Part shown: piece by piece, positions 19,225-29,246 of the stretch | How positions within the stretch are numbered: position 1 is the stretch's first letter | Layout: the number at the start of each line of letters is the position of its first letter | From: an uncultured Candidatus Saccharibacteria bacterium | GTDB lineage: Bacteria; Patescibacteriota; Dojkabacteria; SC72; JAFGCJ01 | Assembly (NCBI GenBank): GCA_964481345.1 | Contig: CAYZTC010000001.1 | Span: 142,188-206,187 of the forward strand | Length of the DNA stretch: 64,000 nucleotides | Direction of reading: 5' to 3' | Made by a program: the position numbers and the translations under genes | The notes under the pieces: generated by a model | Seen by the model: only the letters and a program-made list of their open reading frames with translations | What the model was told of the DNA's origin: nothing | Databases searched by the model: none

Positions 19225-20540
19225 TGAAAATTAATAAGGTAGCCTCTAAATTTACATATCTTTTACCTGCCCTAATAATATTCTTTGGCCAGTTTAATCT
19301 GGCGTATCATTTTCTTTCAACATACGCATATGTCGATGGCTGTTATGTGAATTATTACGAATTTGTTGTTCATATAGTAGACCTCTGTTTTTTAGGGAGT
19401 TTATTGTGGTATGTTTTTTACATTAAACTTTGGAAAAACAAAAACTGGATTATCCTTTCAACATTTTCTTTTTTTCTGTGGATTGTGCATAACCTGATTT
19501 TCCTTGATCCGATAGTCTTTTATTGGTCAGCAAGGTTGTTTTTGTACTTTCTCAGCGCTTTCTCCATTCATTATTCACTTTCGAGTCTGGGGAAAAAGCA
19601 AAAAGCAATAACTGGTAGATATATTGTTTTAGGCCTTGCAGTATCTTCCATATTTCAATCGGTAGTTGTTCTACTTCAGTTTTTCAGAAATCGCACAGTA
19701 GGCTTGCATTTTTTGGGAGAGTCGTTTGTTCAGTCTGGTATAAGTGGAACCAGTGCAGTTGTCCTTTCTGCTGGGACATTTTTAAGGGGATATGGGACAT
19801 TTCCACATCCAAATATTGTTGGTGGGTTTCTTTCTGTATGCTTGATATTTTATTTGTCCTATTTACTTTTTCAAAAAGAGAAAACGAGGTTATGGATACT
19901 TATACCGTTGTTGACTACCGCTGCTGGTCTGATCGTTACTTGGTCTAGGAGTGCGTGGATTTTTTTTAGTGTTGGTTTTCTTATTCTACTTTACTTATTT
20001 TTTAGAAAGCAGAGGTCGAGTTTTGCAAGAAAAGGGCTAGGTGTTTTGCTTGTTATATTTGGTGCACTTCTTATTTGGTTTGCGGTTGGTAACGATCAGA
20101 TTTCTGTTGGATTGAGAAAAAGAATAATAAGGCAGAGTGCTAATTACGACGAGAGTGTCATTCAAAGAAGGCAGCTAAACCAAAAGGCTGTACAGATGTA
20201 TGAGGACAATATTTTGACAGGTGTGGGAGCTGGGAAATTTATTGAAAGGATAAGTGCAAGTCCAGTATATACAGGTGATGGCCTAAGGATAGTGCAGCCG
20301 GTTCACAATGTGTTTCTTCTTGCAGCTGCTGAGCTAGGGTTTATGGCACTTTGGATATTTTCTTATTTTCTGTATCACTCCATTAAAGGCTTAAGAAGAT
20401 CGTGTTATTTATTCTTTCCTCTTTTGTTTCTTCTTACGGTTGGAAATCTGGATCACTATCCTATTACTCTCCCGCAAGGCTTACTAATACTCATTATTCT
20501 TGATTGGCTGGTGGTACTTGGGGAAAGTATTGGCAGTTAA
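19224..20540 (+). CDS. O-antigen ligase/polymerase (Wzy_C) family membrane protein
   Basis: 438 aa polytopic; TWSRSAWIFFSVGF loop motif typical of O-antigen ligase family. Confidence 0.65.
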   Translation: MKINKVASKFTYLLPALIIFFGQFNLAYHFLSTYAYVDGCYVNYYEFVVHIVDLCFLGSLLWYVFYIKLWKNKNWIILSTFSFFLWIVHNLIFLDPIVFYWSARLFLYFLSAFSIHYSLSSLGKKQKAITGRYIVLGLAVSSIFQSVVVLLQFFRNRTVGLHFLGESFVQSGISGTSAVVLSAGTFLRGYGTFPHPNIVGGFLSVCLIFYLSYLLFQKEKTRLWILIPLLTTAAGLIVTWSRSAWIFFSVGFLILLYLFFRKQRSSFARKGLGVLLVIFGALLIWFAVGNDQISVGLRKRIIRQSANYDESVIQRRQLNQKAVQMYEDNILTGVGAGKFIERISASPVYTGDGLRIVQPVHNVFLLAAAELGFMALWIFSYFLYHSIKGLRRSCYLFFPLLFLLTVGNLDHYPITLPQGLLILIILDWLVVLGESIGS

Positions 20541-20581
20541 GTATTTATAAAACTGGTAAATTCCTATAAAATTGTTTCATT

Positions 20582-22858
20582 GTGAAAGATTCAACTGTGG
20601 AAATTTCAAAAGCCTACGATCTTAAGGAAGAAATGGGAATATATAAGCTATGGGAGGATTCGGGTTTTTTTGATCCGGATAAGATGGAAAGTAAAAAAGA
20701 TCCATTTGTAATAACTCTCCCACCTCCTAACGCAAACGCAGGGCTTCACGTTGGAACCACTTGCGGATATTCATTTCAAGATGCGATGGGAAGATATCAT
20801 AGGATGAAGGGGCAGCCCACTCTCCTACTTCCAGGGAAAGATCATGCCGGTATTCAAACGGAGGCTGTGTTCGCAAAGGTGTTAAAAAAACAAGGTGTTG
20901 ATAAATGGGAAATTGGGAGAAAAGAGTTTTATAAGAGAGCTTATAAATTCTGTATGGATAATGCAGAACATGCAAGAAATCAGGAGAGAAGAATTGGACT
21001 TTCGGCAGATTGGTCGAGAGAGAAGTTCACGTTAGATCCAAAACTTTCGGGAGTTGTATTTGAGACTTTTTATAAAATGTTTGACGAAGGTCTGATATAT
21101 AGAGGTAGTTATATTATCAACCAGTGTACGAACTGTAGAACTGCTCTCGCTGATATTGATACAGATCATGTTATGAAAAAGGGAATTTTTGCATATATCA
21201 AATATCCGATTGCAGGGAGTAAAGATGAGTTTGTGACCGTTGCTACAACTAGACCTGAGACTATGCTTGGAGATACAGCTGTTGCTGTGAATCCAAGAGA
21301 CAAAAAGAACAAGAAGTATGTGGGGAAAATGTTGGTGCTTCCCCTTACAGACAGACAAATACCTGTGGTTTCTGATGACAGCATAGATATGGATCTTGGT
21401 GCCGGTGCATTGAAGGTTACCCCAGCCCACTCTTCCATCGATTATAAACTTGGTATAAAACATGGACTTGAAATTCTCAATGTAATAAATGAGGAAGGTA
21501 AAATGAATGAAAATGCCCCGAAGAAGTATGTTGGAATGACGGTAAATGAGTGTAGAGATGAAGTGTTAAAAGACCTGAAAGATCAGGGATATCTTGAGAA
21601 AGTTGAGGATATTCAACATGAGGTGATTGTGTGTGAACGGTGTCAGAATGATATTGAACAGATAATGTCCAAGCAGTGGTTTGTAAATGTTGATCCGCTT
21701 GCAAAGGAATGTTTGAAGGCATTAGACGAAGGTGGAACCAAGGTTATTCCAACATTTCAGGAAAAAGTATTAAGGAATTGGTTTGAGAATATTGAGCCTT
21801 GGTGTATTTCTCGACAATTGTGGTGGGGACATAGGGTTCCAGTTTGGTATTGTGGGAGTAAAGAGCTTTATGACTGGTTGCTTGATAATCCAGAAAAATC
21901 TAAGGCTGGGTTTGAAAAGGAGACAGGAAAAAAGGCCGAGGGATGTGGGCATGTGATTACAGGGGAAGTAAAGCCAGAAAAATGTAATAAGTGTGGATGC
22001 ACAAAATTTGAGCAGGAGACTGATGTGTTTGATACATGGTTTTCTTCTGGACAGTGGCCATTCAGTACAATGGGTGGAATTGAGGGAGAAGATTTCAAGA
22101 GGTTTTACCCTACTGATGTCATGGAAACTATGCATGATATTCTCTTTTTCTGGGTGGCCAGGATGATGATGCTTGGAATGTATAGGACAGGGAAAACACC
22201 ATTTCATACGGTATATCTTCATGGGATGATACTTGCGCCAGATGGAAAGAAGATGTCAAAGTCAGCTGGCAACGGTATTGAGCCTGAGGAGGTATATGAT
22301 AAGTATGGTGGGGATGCTCTTAGACTGTGGTATTTTCTGGATACTATGCCGGCAAGGCCCTCTCCTATTCGGTATGAAAAGCTTCAGGGAAATAGGAATT
22401 TCGTAAACAAGATATGGAATGCCAGTAGGTTTGTAATGATGCAGCTAGAAGATTTGTCAGGTACAGATATGAAAGAACTGGACGGTTTAGTCGAGGAAAA
22501 TGTGAAGTCTTTATCTAAATCCAAAGATAAGTGGATATCACAAACAAATGATTTTGCAAAAAGCGTGACCGAATTTATTGAGAAGTACAGATTTAATCTG
22601 GCGGTAGAAAGCTCAAGGGAGTTTTTCTGGCACACATTCTGTGATGAATGGATTGAGGAAACAAAGAATCTCATCCAAAGGGAGCCGGATAAAAAATTGG
22701 AATATTTGTCTAGGCTTATTTCTGTGCTTGTGATACAAATGAAGGTACTCCATCCGTTTGCGCCTTTTGTAACAGAAAAAGTATGGCAAAGCTTGATTAA
22801 AATAGGATTACTTGACTGGGAGAGTGAGTTATTGATGGTATCAGATTGGCCGGTTTAG
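20582..22858 (+). CDS. valS: Valyl-tRNA synthetase (short form lacking C-terminal coiled coil)
   Basis: 758 aa; PPPNANAGLHVGTT (HIGH-like) and KMSKSAGNGIEP (KMSKS); GTG start. Confidence 0.85.
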   Translation: MKDSTVEISKAYDLKEEMGIYKLWEDSGFFDPDKMESKKDPFVITLPPPNANAGLHVGTTCGYSFQDAMGRYHRMKGQPTLLLPGKDHAGIQTEAVFAKVLKKQGVDKWEIGRKEFYKRAYKFCMDNAEHARNQERRIGLSADWSREKFTLDPKLSGVVFETFYKMFDEGLIYRGSYIINQCTNCRTALADIDTDHVMKKGIFAYIKYPIAGSKDEFVTVATTRPETMLGDTAVAVNPRDKKNKKYVGKMLVLPLTDRQIPVVSDDSIDMDLGAGALKVTPAHSSIDYKLGIKHGLEILNVINEEGKMNENAPKKYVGMTVNECRDEVLKDLKDQGYLEKVEDIQHEVIVCERCQNDIEQIMSKQWFVNVDPLAKECLKALDEGGTKVIPTFQEKVLRNWFENIEPWCISRQLWWGHRVPVWYCGSKELYDWLLDNPEKSKAGFEKETGKKAEGCGHVITGEVKPEKCNKCGCTKFEQETDVFDTWFSSGQWPFSTMGGIEGEDFKRFYPTDVMETMHDILFFWVARMMMLGMYRTGKTPFHTVYLHGMILAPDGKKMSKSAGNGIEPEEVYDKYGGDALRLWYFLDTMPARPSPIRYEKLQGNRNFVNKIWNASRFVMMQLEDLSGTDMKELDGLVEENVKSLSKSKDKWISQTNDFAKSVTEFIEKYRFNLAVESSREFFWHTFCDEWIEETKNLIQREPDKKLEYLSRLISVLVIQMKVLHPFAPFVTEKVWQSLIKIGLLDWESELLMVSDWPV

Positions 22859-25207
22859 TTACAGCAAATTCTCCACTAGTTTTTTGAATTCTTTTAATTT
22901 CTCCTCAATTTTTTTCTTATCAATCTGGGAATTTCCTTGGAGTATTACAAGTATATCCTTTGTGTCGGTTGTAATTTTTGTTCTATCGCATTGTTTTACT
23001 GTAAGTCTGCATATTACACCTTTATCATCAATGTAACAGTATTCTCCTTTTTTAGCCGTCATTTTTTCATCATTTCCCATTTGAGTAAATTCTTGATCTT
23101 CTTTTAACATCACCAACTTTACATTTCCAACTATTTTTGACATATCGTGTGCGCCAAATGTAATTCCAGATTCGATTGAAAAGATGTTGTATAGGTCGAC
23201 AAATGTATTTATATTGGGGATATTTCCCTTCTCCAGAAGCAATTCAGTAAGTTTTTCACTTGCGGCCGGAAGGTTCTTTTCCTTTGAATACATGTCATGT
23301 TGCTCTCTGTATGCCTTATTTTCTGGAATGGCGGAAATGTCTTGTTTTTCATATTTTTTAATTAGTTCCTTTTGCTTTTCTTCCATCCATTTTTTTAAGG
23401 TTGAACTTTGTCTTTTGATGTTCAAGTTCTTAATTATTGTCCATGTGATTGGGATATCCTTTTTAAGATTTTCATTCTGAACTAGTTCAAAATTTGAATA
23501 GTCAACGGTTTTCACATTCTCTGTTACTGGGTCAATTTTATTAAAGAGTACTTCTGGCTTTTCTTTTATTTTGATATTCTTTAATTCTTCAAATTTCCAG
23601 CCTTCATCTTCATATTCAATGTTCAAAAGTCTGAATATTTTGTCGGATATTTCTGGCATGAATGGCCTCGATGTTATCGCCAAGGCCTTTATGATTTGAA
23701 TACAGTCATATATTGTCTGGCTGCACTTTTGTGGATCTGACTTGAGTGTGGCCCAAGGTTGATTCCTATCAAAATATTTATTTCCAAATTGGGCAAGTTC
23801 TATAAAGCTGTCAGTTGCTTTTGAAAACTCACATTTTTCGATAAGATCACCGACCCCTTTAATTGACTTGTCTATTGCGTTTTTGACCTCTGTGCTTATG
23901 GTCAGTTTTTCTTCGATTATTCCATCGAGTTTTGAAAATACAAAGTAGAGATTTCTATTTATAAAGTTCCCGAAAGTTGCGACAAGTTCATTATTATTTA
24001 GATCTACGATATCCTTATACGTGAACTTTCGATCGTGGTTTTCAGGTGCATATTTGCAGAAGAAATATCTCACTAAATCTGTACCGTACTGATCTAACAG
24101 TAAATCTGCTTCAAGTAATGTGCCTTTGCTTTTTGAAATTTTTGTTCCTCTTTCAGTAAGAAACTGGTTTGCAGGTATATTGTATGGAAGATTTAGTGGT
24201 TCGGCTCTTGTTTCTCCAGGCAAACTTGGCTCATATTTTCCATTTTTATATTTCTTGTTGTATGCAATTATTATTGCTGGCCATAGTATTGTATGAAACG
24301 GAATATTGTCTTTGGCGATGAAGTAGAAATGCTTTGCCTTAGGGTTTTTCCAAAAGTGTTCCCATTTACTTGGATCTTTGCTTTTACTTGCCCACTCGAT
24401 GGATGCGCTTAGATATCCCATTACTGCCTCAAACCATACGTATATGTCTTGGTCTTTGTATTTTTCGATTGGGATATCAACTCCGTACCCTATTTTTCTT
24501 GACACGGCCCTTTCTCTTAGTCCCTCTTTTAACCATGATTGAGCAAATCCTATTACCCTTTCTCTCCAAACATTTTTACTGTTTTTAACTAATTCTCTTA
24601 TCTGTTTATCAAACCTGGGTAGATCAAAAAATAACACTGTATGTTTTTTCAGTATAGGTTTTTCTCCCGTAAGTTTACTTTTGGGGTTTTTTAGATCTGA
24701 AGGATCAAGAGTTCTTTCACAGCCATCATTGCACTGATCGCCTCTTGCTTTTGTGTTGCCACAATATGGGCATGTGCCCTCGATATATCTGTCTGCTAGA
24801 AACTGTTTTGCTTTTGGATCGTAGTACTGTTCGACTTCTTTTGGGTATATGTCTTTGTTTTCGTACATTACTTTAAATAGGTTTTGTGCGATCTCTTTGT
24901 GGTTTTGTGATTCTGTAGTAGTAAAGATGTCCCATTGAGTATTTAGTTTTTTAAATGTTTCTAGAAAGGATTTACTGTACTTTTCTGCAAGTTTATCTGG
25001 CGGCAGTCCTTCTTTTTGGGCTTTTACTGTAACAGGAGTTCCGTGTGCATCAGCACCGGAGACCAAAAGTACGTCATTACCTTTTTGTCTGTGGTATCTT
25101 GCAAAGACATCGCATACCACATTTTGTCCTGCGAGATGACCAATATGTAACTTTGAGTTAGCATATGGCCAGGAAACACCTATAAATATTGTTTCTTTGA
25201 TTTTTAT
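22859..25207 (-). CDS. metG: Methionyl-tRNA synthetase; 5' end extended beyond ORF-track start (25120) to include HIGH motif; start codon non-canonical/uncertain
   Basis: Zn knuckle CPYCGNTKARGDQCNDGCE, KISKSKG; manual translation upstream of 25120 gives ...IKIKETIFIGVSWPYANSKLHIGHLAGQNV in frame with no ATG/GTG/TTG before the stop at 25238-25240. Confidence 0.8.
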   Translation of the reverse strand: MKIKETIFIGVSWPYANSKLHIGHLAGQNVVCDVFARYHRQKGNDVLLVSGADAHGTPVTVKAQKEGLPPDKLAEKYSKSFLETFKKLNTQWDIFTTTESQNHKEIAQNLFKVMYENKDIYPKEVEQYYDPKAKQFLADRYIEGTCPYCGNTKARGDQCNDGCERTLDPSDLKNPKSKLTGEKPILKKHTVLFFDLPRFDKQIRELVKNSKNVWRERVIGFAQSWLKEGLRERAVSRKIGYGVDIPIEKYKDQDIYVWFEAVMGYLSASIEWASKSKDPSKWEHFWKNPKAKHFYFIAKDNIPFHTILWPAIIIAYNKKYKNGKYEPSLPGETRAEPLNLPYNIPANQFLTERGTKISKSKGTLLEADLLLDQYGTDLVRYFFCKYAPENHDRKFTYKDIVDLNNNELVATFGNFINRNLYFVFSKLDGIIEEKLTISTEVKNAIDKSIKGVGDLIEKCEFSKATDSFIELAQFGNKYFDRNQPWATLKSDPQKCSQTIYDCIQIIKALAITSRPFMPEISDKIFRLLNIEYEDEGWKFEELKNIKIKEKPEVLFNKIDPVTENVKTVDYSNFELVQNENLKKDIPITWTIIKNLNIKRQSSTLKKWMEEKQKELIKKYEKQDISAIPENKAYREQHDMYSKEKNLPAASEKLTELLLEKGNIPNINTFVDLYNIFSIESGITFGAHDMSKIVGNVKLVMLKEDQEFTQMGNDEKMTAKKGEYCYIDDKGVICRLTVKQCDRTKITTDTKDILVILQGNSQIDKKKIEEKLKEFKKLVENLL

Positions 25208-25284
25208 GGTAGTAAAAATTTGATTGTTACAATAGGATTATACAAAGATTGCCATTTTTTAACAATAAAATCTATAATATCTTC

Positions 25285-25725
25285 ATGTCCATAGAACTAT
25301 TTCAACAGTATTGCAAACAAAATAAAATAGAGGTTGATGTTCTTAATGAGGGGTCTACAACTCATACAGCGAGGGACTCGGCGAAAACTCACGGTATTGA
25401 CTTGAACAGGATTGTTAAATCATTATTGATCAAAATTGGAGGTGAGTTTTGTGTTTTTCTTGTGCCAGGTAACAAAAGGTTAGACTTTAAATATCTTGAG
25501 GAACGTTTTGGTACGGAGGATATTAGAATGGCAACTGCAGACGAGGTGAAGGAGATGACCGGTTATTCTATCGGAGGTGTTCCACCTTTTGGGCATAAGA
25601 AAAAGTTGAAAACGCATATTGAAGATGGTTTTCCAGCCAGTAAGCAACTGTTAGCAGCAGCTGGAAGAGAAGATTCTGTGTTTTGGGTAGGTTTGGATAA
25701 GTTGAAAGAGATTGCCGCTGGCTAG
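25285..25725 (+). CDS. YbaK/ProX-type aminoacyl-tRNA deacylase (start may be 25249)
   Basis: MSIELFQQYC...GYSIGGVPPFGHKKK matches YbaK deacylase domain. Confidence 0.7.
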   Translation: MSIELFQQYCKQNKIEVDVLNEGSTTHTARDSAKTHGIDLNRIVKSLLIKIGGEFCVFLVPGNKRLDFKYLEERFGTEDIRMATADEVKEMTGYSIGGVPPFGHKKKLKTHIEDGFPASKQLLAAAGREDSVFWVGLDKLKEIAAG

Positions 25726-25760
25726 ACTCATAGTGTGTTTTCGTGAGATAATTCCATACG
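25721..25760. repeat. Repeat element A copy 1 (gctggctagactcatagtgtgttttcgtgagataattcc), promoter-like (TAGACT-N18-GATAAT) 25 bp upstream of gene
   Basis: Identical 40-mer recurs at 27022-27060, a degenerate third copy ~27905-27945. Confidence 0.7.
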
Positions 25761-25783
25761 TTTAATGTTTTTGGCTGGATATT

Positions 25784-26785
25784 ATGTCTCCGCAAGAAGA
25801 ATTAGATGATTATATTGCTGGCAGTGAGGATCGTGATCCATTACTAACCTTTCTGCCCCTGGGACTACCTGATATGTTCGGGCAAGAAATCATCGCTAGT
25901 CCCGATAATAAGAAATTTGAGATTATTATTCACAATGATCCTGGAGGCCACAGACCAATTGATATTTTCGAAAAGGTTGTCGGTTTCACATATGAAGTGT
26001 TGATTAATGCAAAGCGAGTTAGTGTGTGTGGGTCCTCTTTCTGCAAAGAAGACGGTAAGGAAAATATTGGAAAGATAGATAAGTTTAACGAAGACCTTGT
26101 TCTTTTCCTCCAAAAAGGGGTAATGTCGAAGTTTTTATATGATGCATTTCCCGATAATGGACTCAGAAGATCCTTTTTGGGTCGTATTATTCTTGGAGCA
26201 CCGCGGGAAATATCTATTGACTGGTATGAAAATTCACAGGAAGAGGCAGAAAAAAGAAAAAGGGAAGAAGAAGCTTTTGGATCGTTAGTAGAAATGGATC
26301 CATTAGTCGTTATGAGAATGGTGGGGGATTTCTGCTCTGAGATACCTTTAAGATATAAACAAATAATACGGAAGGAAGGGAAGAATACAGCAAATGGATC
26401 TGGACGTGTTTCTATTGCAATAACCAAGAAGGAATTTACGCTCATAAAGTATTTTGCACATAAGTTCGAACAATTCAGCCGTTTGGATGGCGTTGGTAAA
26501 CATCGCTCATTTAAGCCAGGAGGTAAATATCGTTCAAAAAAGCCAAGAGGAAGAAGAGGGAGGGAAATTATGGACCTAGAACAAAACGAGATAAAAAACA
26601 TGCTCGAATCGAATAAAGAAGCTTTATCTCCAAGGGAGAGAATCATACTTGAGTTAAGGTTTGGTCTTCAGGGTAGAGAACCAAGAACTCTTGAGGAAGT
26701 GGGAGAAAAGTTTAACTTAACAAAACAAAGAATTAAACAAATTGAAGCAAAAGCATTAGAAAAGTTAGAAGACGCATCTACTTAA
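25784..26785 (+). CDS. Sigma-70 region 4 domain protein (stand-alone r4 HTH fused to novel N-terminal region)
   Basis: C-terminus [48 protein letters not shown] is ~75% identical to region 4 of RpoD encoded at 41101-42243; no regions 1.2-3 present. Confidence 0.6.
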   Translation: MSPQEELDDYIAGSEDRDPLLTFLPLGLPDMFGQEIIASPDNKKFEIIIHNDPGGHRPIDIFEKVVGFTYEVLINAKRVSVCGSSFCKEDGKENIGKIDKFNEDLVLFLQKGVMSKFLYDAFPDNGLRRSFLGRIILGAPREISIDWYENSQEEAEKRKREEEAFGSLVEMDPLVVMRMVGDFCSEIPLRYKQIIRKEGKNTANGSGRVSIAITKKEFTLIKYFAHKFEQFSRLDGVGKHRSFKPGGKYRSKKPRGRRGREIMDLEQNEIKNMLESNKEALSPRERIILELRFGLQGREPRTLEEVGEKFNLTKQRIKQIEAKALEKLEDAST

Positions 26786-26917
26786 GAATTTAGCAATAGT
26801 TGAATATGTATAAACGTTGTGCAACGGCATATATTAATGATTTCCAACTTGAGGTGTTCGTAATTCCTATTTTTCCTTTTTTATAACAGCATAATTGGTA
26901 GGTGCTATCTTGAGAGA

Positions 26918-27021
26918 ATAAGAAAAGAAGAAAAGGTCAGTGAGATTTTTTGGGTTTTGTCCCCATATAGGTTTTTTAGCCAAACCACGAATTCCTTTAT
27001 CCCACTGACCATTTTGTTATC
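26918..27021. repeat. Repeat element B copy 1 (~100 bp nested inverted-repeat element) directly fused to element A copy 2
   Basis: gaaaagaagaaaaggtcagtgag...cccactgaccattttgttatcgctggctag; outer arms ggtcagtgag/cccactgacc; second copy at 27805-27915. Confidence 0.7.
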
Positions 27022-27060
27022 GCTGGCTAGACTCATAGTGTGTTTTCGTGAGATAATTCC
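27022..27060. repeat. Repeat element A copy 2
   Basis: Exact 39/40 match to 25721-25760; 30 bp upstream of ORF 27092. Confidence 0.7.
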
Positions 27061-27091
27061 CCTATCAACTAATTTCTGCATTTAATTAATA

Positions 27092-27781
27092 ATGAACTCC
27101 ATAAATGGAGGGACGAATGCTAGGAAACAAGGTTCAAGTCCTACTGAAAGAGGGGATGCAATTACTCCCATAGTCATTAATTTTTCGATGAAAGAAATTG
27201 AAAAGTGCATCAATAGTGCGGAGAAAAATCCATATGGTAGTTATTTAATAGATGTTTCTGGTGGCAATGATAGTGATGGATATGTAGACTCTTTTTGGGG
27301 TGCGGAGAACCATCTAAAAGTTTGTTTGGGGCAATATTTAGGCAGTAGAGAAAAGATCCAAAAATTGGCTGAAAGTTATGATGGTATTGAAATTTTTTAT
27401 AGGCATGTATCAGAATTTTTAGAAAATGGATTAATAAGTACTGGGTTCTACAAAAAGTTTGGAAGAGATTATTTGTTTTTGAAGTACTATGCCATGTATC
27501 TTATATTAAATAGAGATAGAGTCCTTATCCGTTACGGAGAGGAGAAGAAAAAGTCTCGGGCGCAAATCAGGCTATATGAATTGGAGAGAAAACATGGAAA
27601 CTTAGTAAATTTGGACAGCATTGACAAAATGCATCAATCTAAGGCTGCGATAGGGAGAGTCAGGCGGAAACTTCAAAGAGATCGTAAAATACAGATTAGT
27701 GCTTGTGATTACAAGGTTTTGAGTTTGTATATAGATTTGATAAAGCCATTTTTTCGTATGAGCCTTGACGACAAAGAGTAG
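27092..27781 (+). CDS. Hypothetical protein
   Basis: 229 aa ORF flanked by repeat A (upstream) and repeat B (downstream). Confidence 0.5.
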   Translation: MNSINGGTNARKQGSSPTERGDAITPIVINFSMKEIEKCINSAEKNPYGSYLIDVSGGNDSDGYVDSFWGAENHLKVCLGQYLGSREKIQKLAESYDGIEIFYRHVSEFLENGLISTGFYKKFGRDYLFLKYYAMYLILNRDRVLIRYGEEKKKSRAQIRLYELERKHGNLVNLDSIDKMHQSKAAIGRVRRKLQRDRKIQISACDYKVLSLYIDLIKPFFRMSLDDKE

Positions 27782-27804
27782 TGTTGTCGTTTTATTGAAA
27801 ACAT

Positions 27805-27915
27805 TAAGAAAAGAAGAAAAGGTCAGTGAGATTTTTGGGTTTGGTTCCCGTACGGGCTTGCTAACCAAACCACAAATCCCTTTATCCCACCGACCTTCTG
27901 TTATCGCTAGCTAGA
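27805..27915. repeat. Repeat element B copy 2 (inner palindrome cccgtacggg; inner arms gggtttggtt/aaccaaaccac)
   Basis: ~85% identical to 26918-27021 with indel in apical region. Confidence 0.7.
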
Positions 27916-28181
27916 AACTATGGATCACTTACTTTCGGTGATCATTTTTCTCTCCCACACCACGTGTAGGTCTCGTTCGCGTCTTCTTTCTCTCCTCTTT
28001 TTTGTGATCAGAGTTACGCTGTTTAGTTCCTTTTTTGCACATATATACTCCTTTGCAATTTGTGCCCTCCGACCGGGGGTTTTACAATGAGCTAGCGACA
28101 TGAGCTATAGGATATACTCTTATACCCCATTCTGTCAATATTCTGTTGTTCATAAAATATTTCTGGTAATATTTCTATTGA

Positions 28182-29207
28182 ATGGGAATACCTCTGAAAA
28201 TCGCAAAAATTGTAGGAAAAGTTCTACTTGGGTTTTTAGGTTTGATAGTGATCTTCTGGATTGTTTTATCAATACTGTCCCCTTTTGGAATTCCAGAAGG
28301 GAATAGTGTTGACTATATGAAAGGGGTATGGATGCCTGATCCGCGAGAGCATTTTTCTGCCTATTTCAATATGGAACGTTTGAGGGAAGATGGAGTGAAC
28401 ACAATTTCCCTTGGTCCCCTTGCCTACAATAAATTACTAGCGACTATTCACAGACCGTTCATTTCAGCGATAGTAAAAAAAGCACATAAAAATGGTATGG
28501 CGGTTCATATTGCCCCAAATAGCTGGGGTCCAGGATTTAGTCATGAAGATCCACACATTGAAATGGAAGATTTGCTTACAGAACAAGCTATTTACTGGGC
28601 AGAATTTGCTGAACAGTACAATGTGGAATATTTTTCTCCTCAGAATGAACATGATGTTGTACTTGGATGTGGGTTTGGTGCAAAGTGGGCCCAGGATATT
28701 TTGGATGATATTCGAGAGGTATATTCAGGTGAGATAATACTTAAAATTGGATCGGTATACTGTGAAGCTGATCCAGATTATCAAATAGAAATAAAGTCTT
28801 TAGGAGATGAAAATAGCTTCTGGCCAGGCAAATTTTCGGATGCTACGGGATACGACTATTTCATGATAGATATATTGCCATTTAGTGATGATGTGGATAG
28901 GGATTTGTTTTTGGAAGATCTTGAAAATATATTGGGGTATGCAAGACAGGAGGTTGAAAGGAAAGAATTGAAGGGGTTTATGATAGGTGAATTTGGATAT
29001 CTGACCGAAAAGCCTGCGATGGTTGCAAGTATTATGCCTGGACCAGAATTAACAGAAGAGGAACAGGCTCAAGGAATTGAGGACTATTTGGAGGTTGCAA
29101 TGCCAATGGTTGATGGAATAGTATATTGCGGCTGGACTCTAGATGGATATGGATTTAAGGACAAACTTGCCGAAGATGTAATAAAAGAAAAATTTAGTTC
29201 ATACTGA
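28182..29207 (+). CDS. Membrane-anchored putative glycoside hydrolase (TIM-barrel, GH5/GH113-like)
   Basis: 341 aa; N-terminal TM, then motifs NTISLGP, ...FSPQNEHD suggestive of clan GH-A catalytic NE[PH] motif; weak. Confidence 0.4.
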   Translation: MGIPLKIAKIVGKVLLGFLGLIVIFWIVLSILSPFGIPEGNSVDYMKGVWMPDPREHFSAYFNMERLREDGVNTISLGPLAYNKLLATIHRPFISAIVKKAHKNGMAVHIAPNSWGPGFSHEDPHIEMEDLLTEQAIYWAEFAEQYNVEYFSPQNEHDVVLGCGFGAKWAQDILDDIREVYSGEIILKIGSVYCEADPDYQIEIKSLGDENSFWPGKFSDATGYDYFMIDILPFSDDVDRDLFLEDLENILGYARQEVERKELKGFMIGEFGYLTEKPAMVASIMPGPELTEEEQAQGIEDYLEVAMPMVDGIVYCGWTLDGYGFKDKLAEDVIKEKFSSY

Positions 29208-29246
29208 GGAGCACATGTGAGGCAGAGTGCCCCTCAGAAAGAACTC

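Noticed and set aside
20727-22674. Multiple 76-150-aa antisense ORFs inside valS (and similar ones inside rpoB, ftsK, dnaG, metG and the 1013-aa gene)
   Set aside because: They sit entirely within well-supported long genes on the opposite strand and have low-complexity or proline/serine-rich products, typical of shadow ORFs.
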